From a virus, in the IMG/VR virus record IMGVR_UViG_3300042896_000283, positions 32,001 through 96,000 of that record: 64,000 nucleotides of DNA, one strand, 5' to 3'. A program made the position numbers and the translations under genes. This document shows, piece by piece, positions 27,440 to 37,700 of this stretch (positions within the stretch are counted from its first letter, which is position 1; every line of letters starts with the position of its first letter). Under the pieces are notes generated by a model. It was not told the DNA's origin. It saw only the letters and a list, made by a program, of their open reading frames with translations, and did not search any database.

Positions 27440-28261
27440 TTATACGTATCCAAATTTCTTAAAGAACCAAGGATATGTGTTTTTAATTGATTGACAGTTT
27501 TCATATCCTAAGATTTCTTCAAAATCATCAGGCTTTCTTTCAAACTTAGATCTTAGTTTATGATCTCCATAGATACCATGTATAGCATCATTCTCATGTG
27601 TATGCTGTGTAACAGTTTCAAAATTGTGACCTTCATAATATGGAAGTTCCATATACTCATAAAAACGTCTCATTTCTTGTTCAGGGAAATCCATTAAGTC
27701 TTCATAACGAATAAATAATACATTCTTATCTATTCCTTGATCAAACATATCTTTTAGTCTATCCATAGATATACCAACTGGTGGTCCATCTGCCCATAGA
27801 TTAATTCTTTTTTGAAGAGTGGTACCTACTAATTGATTAGCATTTTGAATATGATTTTCTTGTGTAGGATTTTTACGAAAGTTTTTCTCCATAGAAGCAT
27901 AGACAGCACGTACATCTCTAATCATACATACCACTTTAGGAGCTATCATAAACTCACTAGCAAGATTAAAATGTATTCCCCATCCTCTATTCTTATCTAA
28001 TACATAAGGTTTATCTGTAAGGGCATTAAAATATCCATGCATTGCATTATGACAAAATCCTATAAATGCATTTTTCATTAGTTCAGCATCTTGTGCTTTA
28101 ACTTCTGATGAATGGTTATAGTTTGCTTTTGCTCCTAGAAGTAAATCTAAGAAACCTGATGTAGGTGTACAATGGAAATCTGGATTATCTGCTACAATAT
28201 TTTGCAGAAGAGTAGATCCTGCTCTAGGAAGAGAGGAGTTAAAAAAGATTCTTTTCTTCAT
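27440..28261 (-). CDS. PAPS-dependent sulfotransferase
   Basis: 5'-PSB SLPRAGSTLL, DKNR, 3'-PB MIRDVRAVYAS, IRYEDL. Confidence 0.88.
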   Translation of the reverse strand: MKKRIFFNSSLPRAGSTLLQNIVADNPDFHCTPTSGFLDLLLGAKANYNHSSEVKAQDAELMKNAFIGFCHNAMHGYFNALTDKPYVLDKNRGWGIHFNLASEFMIAPKVVCMIRDVRAVYASMEKNFRKNPTQENHIQNANQLVGTTLQKRINLWADGPPVGISMDRLKDMFDQGIDKNVLFIRYEDLMDFPEQEMRRFYEYMELPYYEGHNFETVTQHTHENDAIHGIYGDHKLRSKFERKPDDFEEILGYENCQSIKNTYPWFFKKFGYV

Positions 28262-28280
28262 AATTAATTGATTTTAGTTA

Positions 28281-28328
28281 CAAAGATAAATAAAAAAAGG
28301 ATAAGATTACTTAAAACCTTATCCTTTT
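28281..28328 (-). promoter_or_regulatory. Terminator-like hairpin immediately followed by -7 box TATCTTTG in front of the sulfation cassette
   Basis: AAAAGGATAAG/CTTATCCTTTT (28295-28328); CAAAGATA at 28281-28288. Confidence 0.6.
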
Positions 28329-28350
28329 AATAAATTTATTGAAAAAATAC

Positions 28351-28674
28351 TTATGCTACAGTAGTTGTAGTAGTTGTAGTATCTTTTGCAATTTGCAATT
28401 CAGCAATCAAAGCATCAATAAGAGGTTTTAAAGCTTCATCATCTTTTACAGTGAATGAATCTTTATTTACCCATCTTACATCCTTATAACCAAAAAGGTT
28501 AATAGCATGAAAAGGAGAAATTAATGCAGGATTTTCTGCAGGTTTTTTAGCAAAGATTGCCTCTACTAAAGGAGTAACAGTAGTTAATGTATCTGTAGAT
28601 ACTTTTACTGATAACTCTTTTGAATTGATTTGGGTTTCGCCATATCCAAAGATATGAATTGTGAAATTTTCCAT
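28351..28674 (-). CDS. Hypothetical protein with C-terminal poly-Thr tail
   Basis: Ends AKDTTTTTTVA. Confidence 0.65.
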   Translation of the reverse strand: MENFTIHIFGYGETQINSKELSVKVSTDTLTTVTPLVEAIFAKKPAENPALISPFHAINLFGYKDVRWVNKDSFTVKDDEALKPLIDALIAELQIAKDTTTTTTTVA

Positions 28675-28716
28675 TGTTATAAATATTTATTGAAGTTAAA
28701 AAAAAAATTATTATTA

Positions 28717-29952
28717 TTAAGGAACTATTGTTAATGTAGTTCCATTTCTCCAAACTGAACCAGAGGGTAAACCAGCACTTGATGTTGGAATGTTTTTAAT
28801 TGATAGATTATTTACAAATGTAGCACAATGTCTATCGGCAGTTATATAAGAACCAGAAATTACAACAAGTTCAAAAGAAGAAGTAGAATTATTACGACCT
28901 CCTACAATAGATGAATGACTTGTAGAAACAGAGTTGTAATAACCTCCCCCAATAAATGAGCATTGACCAGAAGCGATATTACATTGACCACCTCCTACTG
29001 TTGCGTGATATGTAGAAGCAATGTTAGATTGACCACCTCCTACTGTTGTTGCAGTACAAGAAGCAGTATTAAGAAAACCACCCCCAACTGTTGAAAATTG
29101 ATAAGAAGAAATATTATCAGAACCGCCACCTACTGTTGATTTGTTTCCAGAAGCAGTATTATATACACCGCCACTAATTGTTGCTCTACTATAACTTGCA
29201 CTGTTATAACCACCGCCCCCAACTGTTGAAGAACTATCACAAGTAGTATTTTTATAACCACCACTAATTGTTGAGAATTTACCAGAAGCAAAATTTTGAC
29301 TTCCACCACCTACTGTTGATAAATTAGAAGAAGCAGTATTTAGACAACCTCCAGATACTGTTGATAAACAACCAAGTGAAGTGTTAGATTGACCACCGCC
29401 TACCGTAGATAGACAACCAAATGTAGCGTTATTTTGACCACCACCTACTATAGAAGCATATCCAGAAGCTGTATTGCTTCCACCGCCACCTACAAAAGCT
29501 ATTCTATTAGATGCAGTATTACCTTCTCCTCCAACAATTGCCGAGTTAATACCAGAAGCTGTATTACCAACACCTCCACTTACAGTTGAAGCTTCATTAG
29601 AAGCAATATTAAAAATTCCACCTCCAATTGTTCCATAATTACCAGAACTTTCATTACAACAACCTCCTCCAATTACTGAATTAAGACCACAAGAAGTATT
29701 GCAACTTCCACCACCAATTGTAGAATAGTTACCATTTGCTTCATTAATAATACCACCACTAATTACAGCATTTAATCCACTTGCGTCATTACCACCTAAT
29801 ACAGGTTCTATACCTGTACCATTAGCATTATATTTTAATGGACTAGATGCAGCTGGAGGAGATAATGATGTTATTAATTCATCAAGATTTAACCAATGAT
29901 CATATCCTTTTTGTTTCTTTTCCCAGAATCCTGGTTTAATAAATGTAGGCAT
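28717..29952 (-). CDS. Fibre/spike protein with 14-aa GGG repeats (paralog of 19949..21424)
   Basis: Same repeat and C-terminus (TFVNNLSI.NIPTS.AGLP.G.VW); likely start MPTFIKPGFW at 29952. Confidence 0.78.
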   Translation of the reverse strand: MPTFIKPGFWEKKQKGYDHWLNLDELITSLSPPAASSPLKYNANGTGIEPVLGGNDASGLNAVISGGIINEANGNYSTIGGGSCNTSCGLNSVIGGGCCNESSGNYGTIGGGIFNIASNEASTVSGGVGNTASGINSAIVGGEGNTASNRIAFVGGGGSNTASGYASIVGGGQNNATFGCLSTVGGGQSNTSLGCLSTVSGGCLNTASSNLSTVGGGSQNFASGKFSTISGGYKNTTCDSSSTVGGGGYNSASYSRATISGGVYNTASGNKSTVGGGSDNISSYQFSTVGGGFLNTASCTATTVGGGQSNIASTYHATVGGGQCNIASGQCSFIGGGYYNSVSTSHSSIVGGRNNSTSSFELVVISGSYITADRHCATFVNNLSIKNIPTSSAGLPSGSVWRNGTTLTIVP

Positions 29953-29991
29953 AATGTTTATATTTTTATTGAATAGCTTAACTAATGTAAG

Positions 29992-29999
29992 CAAAGTTA
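29992..29999 (-). promoter_or_regulatory. -7 box TAACTTTG upstream of the fibre gene
   Basis: CAAAGTTA on the + strand, intergenic. Confidence 0.5.
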
Positions 30000-30060
30000 A
30001 TTATTAATTATTTAGTATGAAAGCATGTATATTAAATATCTGGTATAATATAGCTATTGA

Positions 30061-33000
30061 CTATCTTAGCCCATAATTAGATTGAACCTTTATACCAAGA
30101 TCTTTAGCAAGTGCTGGATAGAACATTGGTAAATATCCTTGCATTTGATTTGTAAAAGGAAATGTTTTCATTAGATATTTGATAACATGTGTTTTCTCAG
30201 CAGCTTCATCATCTCCTGTAAGCAATGCCCAATTCTCTTTACGGAAGTTATCCATTAATCTAGCAAAATTAGTTATTAATGCAGCCGATGGAAAGAACCC
30301 CTGAGATATAAGATCTAATCCACTAGTAGGATCATAGAAGTACATAAGCTCTCCTTTAAATTTATCTGTGGCTTTCATCATAAACTTATATTGATTTATA
30401 ACAAGTGGGTCTTCATCTTTATCTGGTGCAGCAGCTTTTAATGCAGCAATTGCTGTAAATACTATTGCTAAGAATACAACATCTACTAATTGAGATTTAA
30501 TATTTTGTCTAGCAAGATCTATGAATTCAGATTCTGTCATTTCAAGTGTCTTACCTGTTTCATTTTCATATTCATTTCTTTTCTTTTCAAACATATCTTT
30601 CATATATTCTACTCCCTTCTCATTACCAGTTAATGAATTATATAGTTTACCTAACCCTGATACAGGATTTGTAAGACTAAATTCATCTGTTAGCACTTTC
30701 ATCACCATTCTAGTTCTTCCCCATTCATAAGCATCAGAAGCAGAGTTGAATTTTAAACCACCTAAACGTACATCTACAAGTCTAGGAATCCAGTTCTTGA
30801 ACACCATGAATGATTTTCCAACTACACTCATGTTAATCATTCTAAGATCATCTTCAGATAGATTACCTAATGCATCTTTAGATACTTGTTGTACCTTTCT
30901 TCTAAGTTCTATTACAGAATCAGATTTTTGATCTATACCAGGAATAACAAACTTGTTATCAATAATCTCTCCAAGTTTTAACACTCCTTTTTCTTCAATA
31001 AGTCTTTTTACTTCTGCATCAAATTTTTCTTCATAAGCTTTTCTATCTGCTACAGATCCTTTATATTTATCTTGATACTCAGGTTGAGTTCTTAAATAAT
31101 CTCTAACATTTATTACTTTACCATCTTCTACAATTGAATTATTAAGAAAGGCATAGAAGTTTGATGTCTGTACATTTAAATCTGTTTGCTTCATTAATAT
31201 CAATAAGAAATCTTGTATACCTTCTTGTGATAGTGTATTCAAAGATAACTTTTTAGCAATTTCTCTATTATAGTTTTCTGTTAATGGTAAGAAATATTCT
31301 AATGCACCAAGCATTTTCTTTTGATCTGTACCACCAAACTTATTTGAGAAAATCATCATTTCTGCAGCTAGATAATCTTTCTTAGTAAAATATTTACCAG
31401 AGTTGATTAATGATTGAGCATTACCTCCAAAGAAGTTAGAAGAAGCAGAAAGAACATTAAATCCTAATGTTGTAATTTGAAATGTATTATTTAATTGATT
31501 AATTAATTTATTTACACTTAATTGTCTATTAGATATATCTTTTGGAAATACATCTACACCAAGTTTATTGTTTAGTGTTTCTCCCCATGTTCCCATTTTA
31601 GATAAAAGTTGATCAAATGCTTGACTATCTACAAACTTCTGTCCATAGATAATTGCTTTCATCATATCCTCTACAAGTTGAGAGTTTGCTCCTTTAGTTT
31701 CAGTATATTGTACTACACCATCTTTAATGTCAGTTTTACCAAACATAGATGTAGCTATAGACTTTTTATTTTTTTCAACAGCAACAATAGCCATCACTTG
31801 ATCTTCTATTTCACTTAAGTATTTATATCTAAGTGCAGCTTCATTATAAAATGCCATAGTTCTAAATAAATCAGTAGAAGTTTCTTGCTCTAAAGGTCTA
31901 GTAAAATATTTAGGTATCTTGTTTACAGGTTTTCCTGTATTAGGATCAATTTGTCCATATCCTATATCACCTTCATCTACAGATATATCAGTAAAGAATT
32001 GTTGACCAAGTTTAACTTGTCCACCAGTGATTAACTTCTCTACTAAGTTCTTTCTTATAAATGGAAGGAATGTTCTAGCAAATCTTTTATTAATATATCC
32101 AAGATCAGCATATTCATTATTCTTTTCAATTATATAATTATAAAATTCCTTAGCTGGAGCATTCTCTGGTTTATTTAATTCTATCCATTCTTTAGATGTC
32201 CATTTATCTTTCTTTGGAAACTTTCTAGTTTCATTATATATAAACCATCCAGAAGATGTAGTAGTAGAAGTATCATATAAATTTCTAGCTTTATATATTT
32301 CCATCACCACTTCATTAGGAAGTTTACCAGTATTAGCTAATGCATCAGATTCTTCTGATGTTAATAGTCTAGGTTTACTTTTAATCCTTTCTATTTCCTC
32401 AGCAAGCTTTTCTTTTAAATGTTCATTGTATGCAGTAACATCTATATTTTCTCTAATCCATGAACTATCTCTATCGTCTGATACACTTTCTAATTCTTTT
32501 TTAGTTTTAGCTTTTAAATCAGTATAGAATTCTGGATTGTATTCATCTATAAGTTCATTAGAATCTTTCTTCTTAAGAATATCAAAATAGTTTTTATATG
32601 ATAATCCTTTTCCTTTTGCCCAATTTTCAAAATTAGTTTTTAAGTCCTCAAGTTTTTTACTTTCTGCTAATGTATCCATAGAAGAATAAGCAAATGCTCT
32701 ATTTGCTTTCTTATATAATAACTGAATAGCTTTACTTTGTAATGTAGCTGTAGAAGCAAATAGTTTTGTAAATCCTTTAATTATCTTTTCTGGAGCAAGA
32801 AAGTTATCTACTTCTTCTCTTTGAGCAATTATATTTGCTGTAAACTCTTCTAGAATTACTTCTAAGTCATCTTCTAATTCTTTTGCATTTTCTGATGTTC
32901 TTCTTAAATCTTTTTTAAGATCTTCATCTTCTTTACTATCTCCTAGCAATCCTTTTAGTTCTGAATAAAGATCTGTATAAATACCAATTGCATATTGTGC

Positions 33001-34785
33001 ATCTGAAATCTCTTTAACAAAATCATTAACTTCTTTTTCACTAAATGACTTAGCATCTTTATCTACAAATTTATCATTATATCTTTCTATAAGTTTATCA
33101 ATAGTCTTATTTAATAACTGAGCTTGTCTAACTAATGGTTGAATATTTTCTTTAACTTGTAATTGTCTTATAGAATGAAATAATGAATTAAGCAATTCAT
33201 CTTTATTCAACTTCTCAGATTCAGGAACTGATTTATCAGAAATCTTTGTGTACAATTTATTAAGTTCTCCCAATAACTCATCTATTTTTCTCTTACCAGT
33301 TTTTTCATTCTTAATTGGAACAGGAAGTAAATAATCATCTTTAATGTTTTTAACATTAACATCTCCAATTTTAATACTTAGTAATGCTGGAAGAATATTT
33401 TCTTTTGGATTTGCTTTTGAATATAAAGCCTTTATAGGAATCATTCTTGTTTGTTTGAACTTCTCACCTTTTACGCCATAAGCATTTTGTAAAATAGCTC
33501 TATATTGCTCCATTTGTAGATTCCATGCAGTGTTCTTATACCAAGGAATATCTGTATACTTATCTACATCAAGATCCATAAACTTCCAGTCAAGAATACT
33601 TACATCACCTTCTTTAGTAACAGCTAAGAAATCTACAGTTCCTGCACGATTTGCTTTAGGATTATAGATAGTAACCTCAGCCATGAATCTTGTACCTTTA
33701 GGAAAAGACTTAAGACGTGCTTCAAGATTTTCCTTTAATTTAGTATACATGTCTCTATTATTAGGATTGATTCTAGATATATATCCAGTATCATCTAATT
33801 GTGTATCTCTTAAATATCCATCATCATCTACAAATAAAGTTTGTATATATTCAAGATCAGCATGTCCTGCTGTACCTTTCTCAGCTTTTAAATCATTAAC
33901 AGCATTTTGGAATTCTGTTTTATTTATATCACCATTTCTAAAAGTTCTTTCATACCATTCATCTACTAATGCAGAAACTCTAGGAATTACTTTACCATTA
34001 ATTTTATAACCACCTTCAGTAGGTTTCTCTATACTATTAGATACTTCTTTGATTCTATTAATGATAGCTTCTTGAGGATCTAATTGAAGAAAAGCTTTAC
34101 CTTCTTCTTCTCTAATATCTTCTGCAGTACCAATAATCTTACCTGTCATAACATCCATAGACAATTGATCAAATCCTGATGTAGAGATTAGATTCTTAAA
34201 CCAATCAACTATTTTATCCCATAAGCTTTGCATTTTAGCAATGTTCTCTGGTTTCTCTAAAGATCCTTCATTGTTCTTAATAATAATTTCAGCTAGCACC
34301 TTTGCAATAGCTTCTTCTTTAAGCATAATTACATCAGGCTTTCCATCTAATTGATACATAGGATTTTGTCCGTATGTAGCAAACACTTCTTTTAACATAG
34401 CATAACCATTAATCTCACTCATCAACTTCTTGTATAAAGCTGGATTAGTTTGTTTAATGATAGCAACAGCAAAGTGCATAGCTTCTTCAGGAAGAGACTG
34501 TGCTTCTTTACCTTCTACTACTTGTATAAGTTTCTGTGTAAGTAGAGCAGCACCAGCAGCATCTTGTTTGACACCATCAACAATAACATTTTTCATGGCT
34601 TTTGTATCTACACCAATACGTGTAAGAAAGTCATTAACCATTGCTATTGTTTTAGGAGAAGCTGTAGATGATATAACATCACTAATGTTATTTTGTTTAT
34701 CAAATTCAATTTCAGCTAGAATAGGATTACCTACTCTAGCTAATATTTCTTGGTATGCTGGATCATTTGGATTTATACAAGCCAT
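30061..34785 (-). CDS. Large virion cargo (ejected) protein with PD-(D/E)XK nuclease domain
   Basis: MACINPN N-terminus, LPEEAMHF, KGTAGH...AGTVDFL...ILDWK...QMEQY; directly downstream of the vRNAP gene as in crAss-like phages. Confidence 0.72.
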   Translation of the reverse strand: MACINPNDPAYQEILARVGNPILAEIEFDKQNNISDVISSTASPKTIAMVNDFLTRIGVDTKAMKNVIVDGVKQDAAGAALLTQKLIQVVEGKEAQSLPEEAMHFAVAIIKQTNPALYKKLMSEINGYAMLKEVFATYGQNPMYQLDGKPDVIMLKEEAIAKVLAEIIIKNNEGSLEKPENIAKMQSLWDKIVDWFKNLISTSGFDQLSMDVMTGKIIGTAEDIREEEGKAFLQLDPQEAIINRIKEVSNSIEKPTEGGYKINGKVIPRVSALVDEWYERTFRNGDINKTEFQNAVNDLKAEKGTAGHADLEYIQTLFVDDDGYLRDTQLDDTGYISRINPNNRDMYTKLKENLEARLKSFPKGTRFMAEVTIYNPKANRAGTVDFLAVTKEGDVSILDWKFMDLDVDKYTDIPWYKNTAWNLQMEQYRAILQNAYGVKGEKFKQTRMIPIKALYSKANPKENILPALLSIKIGDVNVKNIKDDYLLPVPIKNEKTGKRKIDELLGELNKLYTKISDKSVPESEKLNKDELLNSLFHSIRQLQVKENIQPLVRQAQLLNKTIDKLIERYNDKFVDKDAKSFSEKEVNDFVKEISDAQYAIGIYTDLYSELKGLLGDSKEDEDLKKDLRRTSENAKELEDDLEVILEEFTANIIAQREEVDNFLAPEKIIKGFTKLFASTATLQSKAIQLLYKKANRAFAYSSMDTLAESKKLEDLKTNFENWAKGKGLSYKNYFDILKKKDSNELIDEYNPEFYTDLKAKTKKELESVSDDRDSSWIRENIDVTAYNEHLKEKLAEEIERIKSKPRLLTSEESDALANTGKLPNEVVMEIYKARNLYDTSTTTSSGWFIYNETRKFPKKDKWTSKEWIELNKPENAPAKEFYNYIIEKNNEYADLGYINKRFARTFLPFIRKNLVEKLITGGQVKLGQQFFTDISVDEGDIGYGQIDPNTGKPVNKIPKYFTRPLEQETSTDLFRTMAFYNEAALRYKYLSEIEDQVMAIVAVEKNKKSIATSMFGKTDIKDGVVQYTETKGANSQLVEDMMKAIIYGQKFVDSQAFDQLLSKMGTWGETLNNKLGVDVFPKDISNRQLSVNKLINQLNNTFQITTLGFNVLSASSNFFGGNAQSLINSGKYFTKKDYLAAEMMIFSNKFGGTDQKKMLGALEYFLPLTENYNREIAKKLSLNTLSQEGIQDFLLILMKQTDLNVQTSNFYAFLNNSIVEDGKVINVRDYLRTQPEYQDKYKGSVADRKAYEEKFDAEVKRLIEEKGVLKLGEIIDNKFVIPGIDQKSDSVIELRRKVQQVSKDALGNLSEDDLRMINMSVVGKSFMVFKNWIPRLVDVRLGGLKFNSASDAYEWGRTRMVMKVLTDEFSLTNPVSGLGKLYNSLTGNEKGVEYMKDMFEKKRNEYENETGKTLEMTESEFIDLARQNIKSQLVDVVFLAIVFTAIAALKAAAPDKDEDPLVINQYKFMMKATDKFKGELMYFYDPTSGLDLISQGFFPSAALITNFARLMDNFRKENWALLTGDDEAAEKTHVIKYLMKTFPFTNQMQGYLPMFYPALAKDLGIKVQSNYGLR

Positions 34786-37700
34786 TAGTAACAGTCTTTT
34801 AGTTTATTAATTACTTCTTCTTTGTTTTCAGCTATAGCTTTATTAATATAATCTTTAGCTTCTTCAGTAGTCATTTTATGCTTGTCAGCAAAATTCTGTA
34901 ATATCTCTTCTTTTCTTTCAGGAGTGAAATCTTCTATCGTATCAAAAGTTTCAGTAGTTCTAAACAAATCTAATTGTTCTCCTGGTTTTATTTGTTCAAC
35001 TTTAGTTTGTGTAGATGTAATAGCTGGTTTACTAGGCATACCTGGTTCAAGAGGCATCACTCTTCTCATTGTAACTGTTACTCTATATGAACCTGGTTCA
35101 TAAGCTTTACCATCTAACTTAGTTGTTAATTCTGGCAAGAAACTATCTTGAGGTTTAGCAAAAGTTCTATGATAAACTTCTCTGTTTACACCATCAACAC
35201 CAAATACATATCCTGCACCTGCTTTAAGATTTAATTGTTTAGGAGCACCATCTCTTGATTCAATAGAGAAGTTTCCTGTACCACCAATGTTAATTCCTAT
35301 TACAGGATAACCAATTGCAGATCTACTTTCATCTACATCATTATGAGAACTAATAAAACTATTAGGTTCATAAAGATTAATAATGGCACCATCATAGTTA
35401 GTCATATCTACACCTGTAGCCTTTTGCATTAACTCTCTAAAACGAGCAGTGATAGGTGCTAAAGGTTGATTATTAATAGAATTATCATAGTATCCATATT
35501 TAGTTTTGTTTCCTGGATTGATAACATCTGGAATATTCATAGCTTGTTTTCCAGGATTGTTTGACTTATAATCCCATCTCAATCCTAATCCAATCATTTT
35601 ACTAGCAGCTTCTCCTTTATTAGTTTTAGCAGCTTGTTCTTCTAAGAATGGTTTTAGATAATCAAATAGTTCAAGTTGTTCATCTTTAGATAAAGCTTCT
35701 TGGTTTACATATATTCCTTCTTTAATTTCTACTCCTTTCGGTTTTCCAATCATTTGTGTAGGTGCAACTATTTCTTCTTCTGTTTGTAAAGATACAATTT
35801 CTTCTGTAATATCACCACCAAAATAATCAATAATAACTGAATCAGGAATCTCATTCTCAATCTTCACTGTACCATTATTAAGAACAGATTTTCTTCCATC
35901 TAAATAGTATTCAGAAACTAGGTTACCATCACCAAGTAAGTTAACTAGTTTGTACACATAATCACCTTTAATAGTTGTTACAGGAGTACCATTTGAGTAT
36001 TTCACTTTTTGATATCCAAATACATCTGTTAATGATGTATCTCCACCTAATCTTACAGCTCTCATTGCTTGTGAACTAATAGTTTGTCCAGTAACAATAT
36101 TGATGTTTTCACCTATTTTATTTGTAATCACTTTAGGCACTTTTACAAAATCACTATTAGCACCATTACGAGCATCATATATTGGACTCAATGTTAACAC
36201 TAGTCTTCTCTCTTGCATAGTTGGTCCATCAAATCCTTCTAAGAATGGTGATACTTTATATTTATATACATCATTACCATATGGATCTTCTCCAACATAT
36301 TCTACTATTGGATCAAAGTTTTCATCTCTTTCAAAATAGAATCTAGGAGTGGTAGTAGGAACTATTGTTTCATCTTTCCAATTGTTCTTTTGAAACATTC
36401 CTTTAGTGAAATATTCTACATCTGCATCATCTACTAATGTATCTATAATAGGTTTGATCTTTTTAGCATAATCTTCTATTGGAACAATGTTATTAATAGA
36501 TATAGAAGATTGATAAGTTCCTTGTAAAAGAGCCACCTTAACAATGTTATTGTACAACTCAGGATCTAACTCTCTTAGTTCTCTCATCATCTCTACATAT
36601 AAGTTCTCATCATATGCTTCTTTTAAATTCACTTTAAGTTTGATAGTTTGTGTACCATCATTCTTTTTAGATGCTTCAGGAACAAGATCTTGTAGCAATC
36701 TCATATTAGGATATTTCACCTTAGCTTTTGCTAATTGCTCAGCAATAGAATTATCTCCTGTAGTTAATGCTAATATCTCTGTATTAAGTCCAGATTTAAT
36801 TTGTACAATAAAGTCAAGGAATGAAGCCTTAGCTTTACTAGCAACTTTAGAGAAATCATCATCTTTCATAAACTCTTGTTCTTCAAATGATCTTAACACT
36901 TCATTAGTGATATCTACAAATTGCTCTTGTTCAAGTTTAATAAATGAACCAACACTTTTCATTGCAAAGTCTATCAATCTTTTTTGATTACCAATTGAAC
37001 TTGAATCCAAAAGTTTATCTACAGAAGAGAATATGTTTTTATTTCTTGCTATATCTGTTCTAGTTGTTTTCTTATGGAAAGTATCAGAGTTTTTAAACTT
37101 AGTTGTATCATAATTTGTAGCTTGTGTAAACTTGAAACTATATTCAGCCATTTTAGAATACTTTAAGAATTCTTTAAGAATAGCTCCTTGTTGTTCATTT
37201 TCTTGTTTAGTTGACATCTTATTCTTATTATTAGCATAAGTTTCAATATTAGCTTCTAAACTATCTACATCAAATGATTCTTTTTCTGTACCTCTAGCTC
37301 CTACTTTAAGAAGACCAAACTTAGCTCTCACCTCATTTATATTTGATGGATTGTATAAGAATGAAGTTCCTTTATTTTCAAGCATGTCTAAGTATTCAGA
37401 AATAATTGGTTGGTTCATGAACCATATTGTATTTTGACCAACACCAATTCTTTCTAAGAACATAAATGTTCCAATAGCAGCATCAGATTTAATAATCTTC
37501 ATAATGAATGGATCTTTTGCAATATCTACTACAGCAGTAGCATATCCAGAAAGTCTATTGGATATCTTTTCTAATGACCCTTTAGCATTTGGTATAGCTG
37601 TATTAGTTCCAGAAAGACTCACCTCACCATCAATTTCATTATGTGGAAGTTTAACTTTACGATCTCCTAATATTGCTCTTTCATCATAAGTTAATTTATC

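Noticed and set aside
25283-28261. Sulfur-assimilation auxiliary genes or Dnd/Ssp phosphorothioation
   Set aside because: No PAPS/sulfite reductase, cysteine desulfurase or Dnd-like ATPase in the window; the linked sulfotransferase explains PAPS use
19949-29952. 42-nt periodic repeats as a CRISPR array or DGR template/variable pair
   Set aside because: The repeats are degenerate in-frame coding repeats with synonymous variation; no reverse transcriptase, cas gene or adenine-specific pattern is visible
35787-35794. TATCTTTA as an internal promoter for a stand-alone AlkB
   Set aside because: Imperfect -7 box, the nearest TTTG is 24 nt away, and it lies in coding sequence; chance match likely
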